Position numbers and translations under genes: made by a program
The notes under the pieces: model-generated
Database searches by the model: none
Seen by the model: only the letters and a program-made list of their open reading frames with translations
What the model was told of the DNA's origin: nothing
Virus record (IMG/VR): IMGVR_UViG_3300028840_001414
Coordinates: 1-52,396 of that record
DNA from: a virus
Lineage: Duplodnaviria; Caudoviricetes
Length of the DNA: 52,396 nucleotides
Strand: one strand, 5' to 3'
Shown here: positions 8,325 through 17,530 of the stretch, in pieces
Numbering within the stretch: the stretch's first letter is position 1
Layout of the letters: each line of letters opens with the position of its first letter

Positions 8325-8663
8325 CTAAGCTTCATTCCATCGGATCGATACAAAGTAGTGCAATTCGCACCCCTCACACTCACGAGTATCGTTTTCGTTT
8401 ACAATGTCGCAGCCCGCGCACACTTCCGGTTTGCGCGGCAGCGCTTTTAATCCCTCTTCCTTTATGATTCGCGCTTCCATACCCTCTACTTCCCATCCAT
8501 CGCACGCAATCTGTTCCAAGCAATCGTCGATAGCTTCGGCCGGATTATTACCGATGCCTGTTACCACGTTTTCATACGGAGTGAACGAGCACCCGCAACC
8601 CTGGAAGTATTGGGAATGCTCTATCCCGTGGTCGATTAGCTCGAATTCACCGATGGTTTTCAT
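8325..8663 (-). CDS. Hypothetical acidic Cys-rich early protein
   Basis: Start-associated motif. Confidence 0.8.
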   Translation of the reverse strand: MKTIGEFELIDHGIEHSQYFQGCGCSFTPYENVVTGIGNNPAEAIDDCLEQIACDGWEVEGMEARIIKEEGLKALPRKPEVCAGCDIVNENDTRECEGCELHYFVSIRWNEA

Positions 8664-8695
8664 GGTTGGTTCTCTCTAGGGTGTGGTTACTATCA

Positions 8696-8902
8696 CTAGT
8701 TATGTAGGGCAACAGCCCTATCGATTTCTCGTTGATCGTCGGAGTGAGTCTGTATGATATGTAAATTACTGTGTACATATCCGTTATCTCTGTATTCCTG
8801 ATATTCTTCCCGCACTACTCTCAGGCTAAAATCTCCGAACGCAATTTCCCAAGGGTCACACTCCTCTTGCCTAGTTAGTAGTGTGTAATAGGCCCTTTTC
8901 AT
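8696..8902 (-). CDS. Hypothetical early protein
   Basis: CCCTGGAGAATGCAACC-ATG start motif. Confidence 0.75.
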   Translation of the reverse strand: MKRAYYTLLTRQEECDPWEIAFGDFSLRVVREEYQEYRDNGYVHSNLHIIQTHSDDQREIDRAVALHN

Positions 8903-8925
8903 GGTTGCATTCTCCAGGGTGCTAG

Positions 8926-9387
8926 TTAGTCAAGGTTGTAACGCTTCTCTACTTCGTCGCGGTCTGTGAACGTGAGGGGGTAGCTATCGAAATTGTCCAA
9001 CCCGTGGTAATCGTAAAGCGCCCGATATGCTTCGGCGCGCTCTAGCGAATCATCGGAGCACAAGTAACGGCGCAAGCCATCACTGGGGACGCCTACATAA
9101 CGCGCGGCAGATTCCAATTCATCGGCAAACCACGCGGACAATTCGGGGTGGAACCTGTTATCAGAAAGAACCTCATTCTCCCAAGAGCATTTCTCCAGAA
9201 TAAAGCGATACACTCGCCATTCGATCGGTTCGCGGTGCTCGCCCTCCCCGATTGGTTCCAGCACTTCGCACTCCGGCGGGTAAACACCTGTAGTGTCGCG
9301 GTAGACAAACACCCCGCCATAGTCAACCGGGTTGCAATCCCCGATATTTGCGAGTAGTTCCCATTTTGGTTGCGTGGTAGTTCCCAT
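8926..9387 (-). CDS. Hypothetical acidic early protein
   Basis: AAGGGG RBS. Confidence 0.8.
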   Translation of the reverse strand: MGTTTQPKWELLANIGDCNPVDYGGVFVYRDTTGVYPPECEVLEPIGEGEHREPIEWRVYRFILEKCSWENEVLSDNRFHPELSAWFADELESAARYVGVPSDGLRRYLCSDDSLERAEAYRALYDYHGLDNFDSYPLTFTDRDEVEKRYNLD

Positions 9388-9397
9388 AACTTTCCCC

Positions 9398-9544
9398 TTA
9401 GATACGGTTGCAGTGTGACAAGATAGAAAGGAACGTAGCCCCCTTGCTGGCCAGTAGACAATGAATGAATACCCGCAATCCGAAAGCGCGGATTATCTGC
9501 GCCGGATGGGCTAACACTTCGCGCTTACAGATGAACCCGCTCAT
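9398..9544 (-). CDS. Hypothetical protein, 48 aa
   Basis: ATG 9544 with AGGGAGA RBS. Confidence 0.55.
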   Translation of the reverse strand: MSGFICKREVLAHPAQIIRAFGLRVFIHCLLASKGATFLSILSHCNRI

Positions 9545-9546
9545 TC

Positions 9547-9642
9547 TCAAAATCTCCCTGGCATTGTGGGGTTGGCAGTGTGGATAAGGATAATCCCAAC
9601 CCAACACCCGATAGCGAACAGGATAAAGGCTGTGCAGATCAT
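9547..9642 (-). CDS. Small hydrophobic peptide, 31 aa (MICTAFILFAIGCWVGIILIH...)
   Basis: Manual translation; AAGGGGG RBS; one TM-like stretch. Confidence 0.5.
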   Translation of the reverse strand: MICTAFILFAIGCWVGIILIHTANPTMPGRF

Positions 9643-9657
9643 AACTTCCCCCTTGTG

Positions 9658-9852
9658 TTACTCAGTGGCGCTACAAGCGCGAAGAAAGCACGAGCGGTCA
9701 AATTGCGGGTTGTCACTCTTGAGGCATTCAGACAAGCGCAAAGCAAGAATATCGATTGCGCCATGGGCGCCGGCGCTTTGCGTGCTTTCCAGGTTGCGCA
9801 CTTCAGAGATAGCCCCTGCAATCATCCGGTAGTGTTTGCGTGACATAGCCAT
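9658..9852 (-). CDS. Hypothetical protein, first gene of the early operon (MSRKHY..IA...DNPQFDRSCFLRAC)
   Basis: Start-associated motif; resembles a common small phage protein family (recall). Confidence 0.8.
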   Translation of the reverse strand: MAMSRKHYRMIAGAISEVRNLESTQSAGAHGAIDILALRLSECLKSDNPQFDRSCFLRACSATE

Positions 9853-9905
9853 AGCTGCATTCTCCCTGAGGTGTATGGGTGAATAGGTTGCTCCACTACT
9901 GAAAG

Positions 9906-9948
9906 AGTAGCTTGGAAAAACTACGCTTGACGAAGTAGCTTGGAAAAA
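9906..9948. promoter_or_regulatory. Direct repeat AGTAGCTTGGAAAAA x2, candidate operator
   Basis: Exact 15-mers at 9906-9920 and 9934-9948, between the divergent genes. Confidence 0.55.
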
Positions 9949-10069
9949 GCAAAAAACTTTCTGCGATTTCCTAAACTCACGTTGCGATTGTGCCGATAGG
10001 TTTGATAAGGTAGGGAATGCGCGTAAGGGGGAAATACGACAAGTACACTTGCATTAAAGGATCGGCACA

Positions 10070-10291
10070 ATGATCGACTACCGGAGTAGAATCAAACGGC
10101 GCCGAAGAGAACTAGGATTGACGCAAGAGGAGCTAGCCAAACGAGCCAAGATACGGCAGTCGCACCTATCGGCCATTGAACGTGGAGCAAGCCGGACGGT
10201 CACCGTCGATACACTGACTAAGGTAGCTCGAGCGCTGAAGTGTAAAATTGGAGCGCTAGTCGATTCAGACTGCAAAGGGTGTAGCGAGTGA
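10070..10291 (+). CDS. XRE-family HTH repressor
   Basis: RIKRRRRELGLTQEELAKRAKIRQSHLSAIERG...TLTKVARAL. Confidence 0.92.
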   Translation: MIDYRSRIKRRRRELGLTQEELAKRAKIRQSHLSAIERGASRTVTVDTLTKVARALKCKIGALVDSDCKGCSE

Positions 10292-10913
10292 CGTGGCAAT
10301 ATATACTGTGTGCGCTGGCGTGTGCGGTGGTGTATGCGGTTGGCGTGTGGTATGCGTGTAGGCTGTATTATTGGCTTGTGCGTAGGTGTGAAGAGGATAG
10401 GGGCGAGTGAGTGGGCAGGGCAAGTGTAGTCATAGTGATGACACAATAGGCGAGTGTGCGTAGGGTGTAGTCAGAGTGATGGCGCCTAAATCGTGTAACA
10501 ACGCAATTTCGTTGCGCGACCATTGCAAAATGCAATGGTACACATTGCAAATTTGCAATACTACACCACCACACTAGCCTATCCTTATGACTACGCTGGC
10601 GTAGTGAGGTACGGCACATTGCCATAAGTATAGTGGTGTCAATAGCTTACGGCACGATACACAGCGGGTGCTCGACCCGAACCGTAAATAGAATTGTACG
10701 GATCACGCCGAGGGGCCCCACACCTTAGATTGTTGCCAACCCCCCCCGGCCTTCTCCGGTTCCCCCTGTACCTACCCCGCCTCCGGCGCCACGCCACTTC
10801 TGAAACGCTCCGAGGGGCCCCAGAGCCATGCTCGGCAGGCCAAGTGTAGCGAAACGATGCACCACCATTGGTTTAGCTAGGCATGGAGGGAGAGGTATAC
10901 ACCCCTCTTAGCG

Positions 10914-11185
10914 GTGTCCAAAGGTGTCCCCTATTTTCGGCCAAGTGTCCGGGACACTTAAACCCTTACTATCAAAGGACTTAACCCCCGAAATCCCGAA
11001 GTGTCCCCCGGGGACACTAAAAGAAACCGAAAATGAAGAAAGGAAAGGTGGGGGGGGGGACACCGGGACACACACACACACACACACCACACACACACTC
11101 ATATATACTATATATATAGTATTTTTTCCCTTGCTCCCCCCCCATTTTCGTGTCCCGTTTTTCATACCGGACACCGGGGGGACAC
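10914..11185. repeat. GGACAC/GTGTCC array with an AT-rich palindrome; putative replication origin or packaging site
   Basis: 11 copies in 272 bp, some as inverted pairs; G10 run; (AC)n tract; palindrome ATACTATATATATAGTAT at 11105-11122. Confidence 0.7.
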
Positions 11186-11320
11186 TTCGGGGCGCTTACC
11201 CCCTGCTACTACGCCATACTAGCGAAGTACCTCTTTTAGGCCCCCCATCTCTTTGCGATGCCCCTCTCCGGCGTCCGACCTGGCCCGCCCTCCTTGGCCG
11301 GCAAAGGCTGTGATTCTCAA

Positions 11321-11363
11321 GTGGCTGGTTTCAGAGTTGGAAAAATCACTTGTTGGTAAAATG
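11321..11363 (+). promoter_or_regulatory. Putative late promoter 1
   Basis: GTGGCTGG at 11321; TGG-TAAAAT-G with the -10 at 11357. Confidence 0.75.
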
Positions 11364-11411
11364 GAGTTAGTGCTTGAGTTTCTGGGTTTCTGAATTTCTG
11401 AGGGGTACAAA

Positions 11412-11711
11412 ATGAGCGAAATGGCGTGTTTGACGGGGTGTGGAGAGAAGGCGAAAACTCGTGGGCTGTGCGCCTGTTGCTACAGCACGGCTCGCTGCCG
11501 GGTGAATTCCAAGCTCACAACTTGGAAGGAGTTGGAGGCGTTGGGGTTGATCCTGCCGTCTACTCGCGGTGCGACAAACAAGCCCCTAGACGAAGCGCTT
11601 GAGGCAAAGCGGGCCAAGAAGGACGAGGCCAGCCCCGCCGAAGACCAGGCGGCCCCGGAGCAACCCGAAGCCGAGGAAGCTCCCGTCACTGCCGTGCCTT
11701 GGGAGAGGTAA
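11412..11711 (+). CDS. Hypothetical zinc-finger protein
   Basis: CLTGC..KTRGLCACCY; GAGGGG RBS. Confidence 0.75.
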   Translation: MSEMACLTGCGEKAKTRGLCACCYSTARCRVNSKLTTWKELEALGLILPSTRGATNKPLDEALEAKRAKKDEASPAEDQAAPEQPEAEEAPVTAVPWER

Positions 11712-12332
11712 GTGGGCAAGAAACGAAAAGCACCCGCGACCGGCAATAGCATTACCGAACTCTCTCACCGGGCTAAAGCGGTCCTTTGGCGCCAGGACAC
11801 CGGGGAGAGGGTGACTTACAACAAATGGAAAGCCAGGGTCACGTCGCTGAAGAGCCAGGGAATGTCTAACAATGAGGCTATCGTTCGCGCCTCGCAGGAA
11901 TTTCCGTGTCTGGGAATCGTGCTGAGAGACTACGATCTCAGCAGATGGATTCCCGTAAAGAAGGAAGACGCACCCGCGCAGACGACAGACCCGCACCCTC
12001 CTTCGGCGCCGAAAGAGGATGGTGGATTGGTCGTTGATGGGCACGAGCAATCGTACCGCGATAATCTCCGTTGGGCGATCGAGGCAGCCGGCGTTTATAT
12101 GCGCACTAAGGCTCAGCCTGAGAAGTGTCCGAACAACGCGGCCTACTATCTCTACACGCAGGCAATCGAGGCGCCGAAGGATTTTATGGCTAAGGTCGGC
12201 CAGATCGAAAGCAAGGAAGATACCGAGGCCAAGAACAAGGCGAATATCCGTAAGGAGTCGCGAAAGAGTGTTGACGAGATCAACGAATATCTGGACGAAC
12301 TGGATTTAGACAACGAGGAGAGCGATGCCTAG
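11712..12332 (+). CDS. Hypothetical protein, possible terminase small subunit
   Basis: Helical and charged, in the first late operon upstream of terL; function inferred from position only. Confidence 0.4.
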   Translation: MGKKRKAPATGNSITELSHRAKAVLWRQDTGERVTYNKWKARVTSLKSQGMSNNEAIVRASQEFPCLGIVLRDYDLSRWIPVKKEDAPAQTTDPHPPSAPKEDGGLVVDGHEQSYRDNLRWAIEAAGVYMRTKAQPEKCPNNAAYYLYTQAIEAPKDFMAKVGQIESKEDTEAKNKANIRKESRKSVDEINEYLDELDLDNEESDA

Positions 12333-12606
12333 GCTCCGAATGCCGCTGACGTTTTGCAAGAAGCCTACCACTGGTGGTCGAAAAAAGAAAAAGAAGACTC
12401 TTGAGGCCGTTGATTCGTGCGACAACTGCGGGGCGCCGCTTGGCAGGGAGTGTGTGCGTTCTTACGGCTCGGCCGTATGCGCCGTCAGTGACGGTATACA
12501 CGTCGCGAGATTCAGCGACGGTGAGGCTCTGAAGCCGCATTTTTTTTGTTCTGCGGAATGTAAACTGGCATTTGCTGCCGACTGGCAGCAAACGCACTTA
12601 TTCTAA
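12325..12606 (+). CDS. Small zinc-binding protein (CDNC...FCSAEC)
   Basis: TRASH-like Cys pattern; GAGGAG RBS. Confidence 0.65.
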   Translation: MPRLRMPLTFCKKPTTGGRKKKKKTLEAVDSCDNCGAPLGRECVRSYGSAVCAVSDGIHVARFSDGEALKPHFFCSAECKLAFAADWQQTHLF

Positions 12607-12616
12607 GGGGGCTGCC

Positions 12617-13492
12617 GTGAAGGAAAGTAGAGTATGGTTTTGGTTGCTTTTGTTGGCTTTTGCAACATTTTTGTCGTCGATCACGTATGGCGGCGAGGTT
12701 GTGCAGAACGTATACGAGAACACTGTCATCATTACAGACGGCAGCGGCCACGGCTCCGGGGTCTTGTTCACTCGCGATGGTCGCACCTTCGTCTGGACGG
12801 CTGCCCACGTCGCCGACATTTTCATGCAGCCTGACGGCTCGTTTCGGGACGCGACGATCCGGCAGGGCGAGAAGCGCGCCGTTGCTCGCGTGCTCCGTGC
12901 CGGCGATTACGAGACCGATACGGACTGCGCGTTGCTGGAGATCATCAGCGGCGACAAGATGGAGGGGGACGCACGGTTCTACCGCGCTTTCGATGAAGTG
13001 AAGCTCGGCCAGGAGATCATCGTCTGCGGGACGCCGCTTGATATTGAGTGGAACGAGCGGCTTGTGTCGTTCGGTCGATTTTCGGCTATCGACAGGTTGT
13101 GCGACGGATACCCGCTCCTGAAGGCCCGCCGGCTCGATTTCGTGGACATTACCGCGTACCCCGGTAACTCAGGCGGCCCGGTGGTGGACGCGAAAGACGG
13201 CGGGATCGTTGGCCTGCTGGTGATGGGCTCGCAGCCGAGGCTCCTCATTATCGAGCCGACGCGCAACATTTACGAGTGGGCCCGTAGTCACGATTGTTTC
13301 TGGGCCTTCGATCGATCGGTTCCGATGCCTGATTCGATCTATCCGTGGCCTGGCGATTTGCACGTCAGAGAGTGCCGGGAAAAAGCGGACTCTCGCGGCA
13401 GCGAATGGGGTAGCTCCCCACCGCAAGAGAAGGCCGCTAGACGCCGGGGGATTCTCGACATTATCATTGAAGCGATCTTCAACGCTGCGTAG
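12617..13492 (+). CDS. Secreted trypsin-like (S1) serine protease
   Basis: Signal-peptide-like N-terminus; GSG, TAAHV (His), DCALL (Asp), GNSGGP (Ser). Confidence 0.92.
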   Translation: MKESRVWFWLLLLAFATFLSSITYGGEVVQNVYENTVIITDGSGHGSGVLFTRDGRTFVWTAAHVADIFMQPDGSFRDATIRQGEKRAVARVLRAGDYETDTDCALLEIISGDKMEGDARFYRAFDEVKLGQEIIVCGTPLDIEWNERLVSFGRFSAIDRLCDGYPLLKARRLDFVDITAYPGNSGGPVVDAKDGGIVGLLVMGSQPRLLIIEPTRNIYEWARSHDCFWAFDRSVPMPDSIYPWPGDLHVRECREKADSRGSEWGSSPPQEKAARRRGILDIIIEAIFNAA

Positions 13493-13522
13493 CAGCGAAA
13501 GAGGCAAGGGGCAAGGGGCGGC

Positions 13523-15370
13523 GTGAGGGTTTCACCATATTTCTATCATCGTATCCCGAAAGAGATACATGCTAATCTGCGCTGGCGCGCTGCCGTGCAT
13601 AAGCGGGTGGCGGAAGACCCGGAGTTCGCGCAGGCCATGATCCAGGCGTGCGCGAAAGACCCTCTCTTCTTTATCAACGGGTGGGCCTGGACGTATGATC
13701 CCCGCCCCGAGATAGGTGGAGTTCGTCGGCCGTTTGCGAAGCTCCCGTTTATTCTCTACCCATTCCAGGAAGACGCGATCAAGAGCCTTTGTCGCGCGCT
13801 TGGCGGGGAGGATATTCTGGTGGAAAAGAGCCGTGATATGGGCGCGTCCTGGCTCTGTGTCATCTCAGTCTTTTGGGCCTGGCGCTTCCGAACCGGCCTG
13901 TCGTTCCTGCTGGGCTCTCGCGTGGAGGGTTACGTGGATGATCCAGGCAACCCGAAGTCGATGTTCTGGAAGATCGACTATCTGCTGAATAACATGCCGT
14001 CCTGGTTGCGGCCGGCTGGTTACAATCCAGGCGAGCATCGCCGCAAGCTGCATATCGAGAATCCGGAAAATGGCTCGGTCATCGACGGCGAGAGTACAAA
14101 TGCTAACTTTGCTCGTGGCGATCGGCGCACGGCAATTGTGCTTGACGAGTTTGCAGCCGTTGAGGCCGGGCACCGTATTCTGAATGCCACGCGAGACGCG
14201 ACGGCCTGCCGTATCTTTAACTCCACGCCTGCCGGTACGAATAATGCTTTCTATGCGATCCGGGAGACCGGCATTAAAAAGCTGCGGCTTCACTGGTCGA
14301 TTCACCCGCTGAAGTCCGTGGGGCTCTACACGACCGATGAGCACGGCAAGCTGAAGGTGCTCGATCCAAAGGGATACCCCAAGAAGGGAGACGGCGAACC
14401 GTTCGTCCCAATTCTCGACGGCAAGCTCCGTAGTCCGTGGTATGACAATGAATGCAAGCGGGCAGCAAATACGCAGGAGATTGCACAAGAGCTTGATATT
14501 GATTACCTGGGGTCGTCGTTCCAATACTTTAACTCCGATCTTGTTCACCAGCGGATTCGCGAACATGCTCGACCGCCGATCCTGGTCGGTGATTTGGAAT
14601 ATGACGAGGAAACCGCTGAGCCGATCGGATTCAGGGAGAACCCGGAGGGGAATCTGAAGCTGTGGTTCCTGCTTGATCGAAATAATGACCCGCCAAAGGA
14701 CCATAAGTATTCGCTTGGTATTGATGTGTCGGCCGGCACAGGGGCGTCAAACTCGGCTGCGGCCGGTTGGGATATTACGACACATGAGAAGGTCGTCGAG
14801 TACGTGAACCCGTTCATTCGGCCTGAATCGCTTGCCAAGCAGGTTATCGCGATCGCTCGCTGGCTCGGTAATGCGTATGTGATCTGGGAGAGCGGCGGAC
14901 CTGGCCGGCAATTCGGGAGTCGTGTAAACGATCTGCAATACCGCAACGTCTACCTGCGACGGCGAGACGAGGCGATATCCGGCAAGGTGTCTGACATTCC
15001 CGGTGTCGCGCAAACGAAGGAGACGAAGAACCTGATACTTGGCGCGTATCGGGCCGCGATCGAAAAAGGCTACGCCGTGAATCGATCCAAGGAAGCCCTC
15101 GAAGAAACGCTCGAATACATTTTTGATAATGCGAATGGTGTGACACATTCGCGCGCGACCGACAAGGCTGATCCGTCCGGCGCAAAGAGCAATCACGGTG
15201 ATAGGGCGATGGCGGACGCGCTGGCGTGGAAGGGGATCATGGATCGCACCACGAATCCCAAAGAGTCCGAGAAGCCGGATATTCCGATTGGTAGCCTGGC
15301 GTGGCGAAACAAGATGCGAGCAAAAAAGAAGAGACTCGGCAGTAGAGAATTAGATCATTCCTGGAATTAA
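13523..15370 (+). CDS. terL: Terminase large subunit
   Basis: PFILYPFQ, EKSRDMGASW (Walker A), IVLDEFA (Walker B), STP motif, GIDVSAG and HGDRAMA nuclease motifs. Confidence 0.95.
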   Translation: MRVSPYFYHRIPKEIHANLRWRAAVHKRVAEDPEFAQAMIQACAKDPLFFINGWAWTYDPRPEIGGVRRPFAKLPFILYPFQEDAIKSLCRALGGEDILVEKSRDMGASWLCVISVFWAWRFRTGLSFLLGSRVEGYVDDPGNPKSMFWKIDYLLNNMPSWLRPAGYNPGEHRRKLHIENPENGSVIDGESTNANFARGDRRTAIVLDEFAAVEAGHRILNATRDATACRIFNSTPAGTNNAFYAIRETGIKKLRLHWSIHPLKSVGLYTTDEHGKLKVLDPKGYPKKGDGEPFVPILDGKLRSPWYDNECKRAANTQEIAQELDIDYLGSSFQYFNSDLVHQRIREHARPPILVGDLEYDEETAEPIGFRENPEGNLKLWFLLDRNNDPPKDHKYSLGIDVSAGTGASNSAAAGWDITTHEKVVEYVNPFIRPESLAKQVIAIARWLGNAYVIWESGGPGRQFGSRVNDLQYRNVYLRRRDEAISGKVSDIPGVAQTKETKNLILGAYRAAIEKGYAVNRSKEALEETLEYIFDNANGVTHSRATDKADPSGAKSNHGDRAMADALAWKGIMDRTTNPKESEKPDIPIGSLAWRNKMRAKKKRLGSRELDHSWN

Positions 15371-15386
15371 CACCCGGAGGCAGATT

Positions 15387-17114
15387 ATGGCGTCGGTGGC
15401 ATTTTCGGAAAAGAAGTTCGGCAGGCTGCATGACAGCATCCAGTGGTCGGAGAGGCAGCTTGAAGTTCATCGCAAGAAGCGAATCGAATCAATCAATATG
15501 ATGCTTGGCGCGCACTATGCGGAGAAGGAGAACAAGCGCACTATCATTAACAGCCTGAAGATGGCTGTTGATATTTACGTGCGAACGCTCGTGCCTTGTG
15601 TGCCGCGAGCAATGGTGAGTTCCAAGAATATGCAGTTGAGATCGATCGCGCAAAACCTGGGGCTTGCTCTCGATCAGATTCCGGATGAAATTGATCTTGA
15701 AGACACCCTTCGTGATTTCGTGACGGAAGCCCTGTTTTCTATAGGGGTTATTAGGGTCGGGCTTCATACGGTTGGTGAAGCAATGGGGCTACCATACGGC
15801 GCTTCTTACGCTGACTGCATTACGATGGATGACTACTTCCTGGATATGTCCGCTAAGAAGGCGAATCAGATACAGTACGAAGGAAATTCGTACTGGATGG
15901 ATTTTGACAAGATCAAGGATGCGGACTGGATTATCAAAAAAGCTCGCAAAGACCTGAAACCTGACGAGCACAAGGTTATCGGGGTCAATGGTGAGGAGCG
16001 GGCCGAGGGTATTGCAACGTCTGAATCGGCTGAGGTCTTCAGGGATCGGATATGGTTGCGCGACGTGTGGGTTCCGGATGAAGGGTTGATTGTTACTTAC
16101 GGCGTCACGAGCAAGAAAATCTTGAACGTCATCGAACGAGATGGCCCCGGTAAGAGTCCGTATATCAAACTTGGATTTTCCAAGGTTCCCGGCAATTTGC
16201 TGCCGTTCCCGCCTGTCTCTGTTTGGCGTGATCTGCACGAACTCGGTAACGCGATCTATCGCAAGTTGGCCAACCAGGCGGATTCCGAGAAAACTGTTCT
16301 CGGTTTTTCCGGGGACGATGAAGGTGCTACGAATTTCAGGGACGCCAAGGATGGGGACGGGATTAAGTATACCGGCACGGAGCCAAAGAAGTTGACTGCC
16401 GGCGGAATCAATCAGGCTACATTGGCGTTTTCTCTTCAGAACAATGGGCTTTTCTCGTACTTCTCTGGCAATATCGATTCGCTCGGTGGGCTTTCGGCTA
16501 TCACCGAGACTGTTGGCCAGGACCGGCTTCTCAGCGAGGCGGCCGGCGCGCAGATGCGAGACATGGGAGGGATGGTTTCCAAGGCTTACAGGAAGGTGTT
16601 TCGTTCCTTGGCTTACTATGAATGGAATGATCCGATCAAGCGCCGGACCCTGGAGAAGCCGATCGAGGGAACTGACATTGTGGTTCCGACCGCATGGGGC
16701 CCTGATGCGAAGCGGGGTGATTTCGAGGATTACGACATAGATATTGACGTGTACTCGCTCCAGGATAACACGCCAAGCGTGAAGCTCCAAAAGCTAGGCG
16801 CGATCACGCAGAACTATATCATACCGATGGAACCAATGATTTCGGCGGCCGGTGGAACGATCGACGTGCAGGCGATTTTGCGTGACGTTGGGAAGTTCTC
16901 TGGTATGCCGGAGATCGAGGAATACGTGGTATTTATGGAGCCGGAGAATAAGGATCAGCAGGTCGCTCCCGCCTCTGCGCCGGCCAACACAACTCGCACT
17001 TACGAGCGGGTCGGAAAGCCGGGGATGACCGACAAGGGCCTGGCTAATTCCATGCAGCAGACGCTTCTCTCGCAGGCGCCGCAGGGCTCCGGGGCCGATC
17101 AGGGGGGCGGCTAG
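15387..17114 (+). CDS. Portal protein
   Basis: 575 aa directly after terL; helical, P22/podovirus-like size. Confidence 0.8.
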   Translation: MASVAFSEKKFGRLHDSIQWSERQLEVHRKKRIESINMMLGAHYAEKENKRTIINSLKMAVDIYVRTLVPCVPRAMVSSKNMQLRSIAQNLGLALDQIPDEIDLEDTLRDFVTEALFSIGVIRVGLHTVGEAMGLPYGASYADCITMDDYFLDMSAKKANQIQYEGNSYWMDFDKIKDADWIIKKARKDLKPDEHKVIGVNGEERAEGIATSESAEVFRDRIWLRDVWVPDEGLIVTYGVTSKKILNVIERDGPGKSPYIKLGFSKVPGNLLPFPPVSVWRDLHELGNAIYRKLANQADSEKTVLGFSGDDEGATNFRDAKDGDGIKYTGTEPKKLTAGGINQATLAFSLQNNGLFSYFSGNIDSLGGLSAITETVGQDRLLSEAAGAQMRDMGGMVSKAYRKVFRSLAYYEWNDPIKRRTLEKPIEGTDIVVPTAWGPDAKRGDFEDYDIDIDVYSLQDNTPSVKLQKLGAITQNYIIPMEPMISAAGGTIDVQAILRDVGKFSGMPEIEEYVVFMEPENKDQQVAPASAPANTTRTYERVGKPGMTDKGLANSMQQTLLSQAPQGSGADQGGG

Positions 17115-17156
17115 TGGCTGGTTTCAGGGCTCGTATTTGCCCCATCTGTTATAATG
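17114..17156 (+). promoter_or_regulatory. Putative late promoter 2
   Basis: GTGGCTGG at 17114; TGT-TATAAT-G with the -10 at 17150. Confidence 0.8.
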
Positions 17157-17194
17157 GAGATTGGTAGACATTTCGTTTACAAGGGGCAGATTTC

Positions 17195-17530
17195 TTGATT
17201 TACTGTTATGAGACCTCGAACGGCGAGGTCGTTGAGCGCGATTTCCCGATGGGGAAAGCGCCGGCGACGATCAGGGTAAAGGGTCGTCGGGCAAAGCGGA
17301 GTTACGCCGCCGAACATGCCGGCAGCCGCCCGGCAGGCGCGGGTTGGCCGCTTGAATGTCTCGGGTCCGGTGTGAGCGGGCACCAGGCCGGCGAGCTTCG
17401 TGCATTCTTCAAAAAGCATCGCTTCGATTGCGATGTATCTCGTGACGGCAACCCGATCTATCGCGATCCCAACCATCGCAAGAGAGCCCTGAAGCTACGT
17501 GGCTTCAGGGAGAACAACGCCTTTTGTTAG
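17195..17530 (+). CDS. Small FmdB-like protein, Cys ligands degenerate
   Basis: MIYCYE..GEVVERDFPM; lies between portal and scaffold. Confidence 0.55.
   Translation: MIYCYETSNGEVVERDFPMGKAPATIRVKGRRAKRSYAAEHAGSRPAGAGWPLECLGSGVSGHQAGELRAFFKKHRFDCDVSRDGNPIYRDPNHRKRALKLRGFRENNAFC

Noticed and set aside
10078-11410. ORFs 10078-10446, 10368-10625, 10908-11174, 10924-11313 and 11219-11410
   Set aside because: Low-complexity translations of skewed or microsatellite DNA with no convincing RBS
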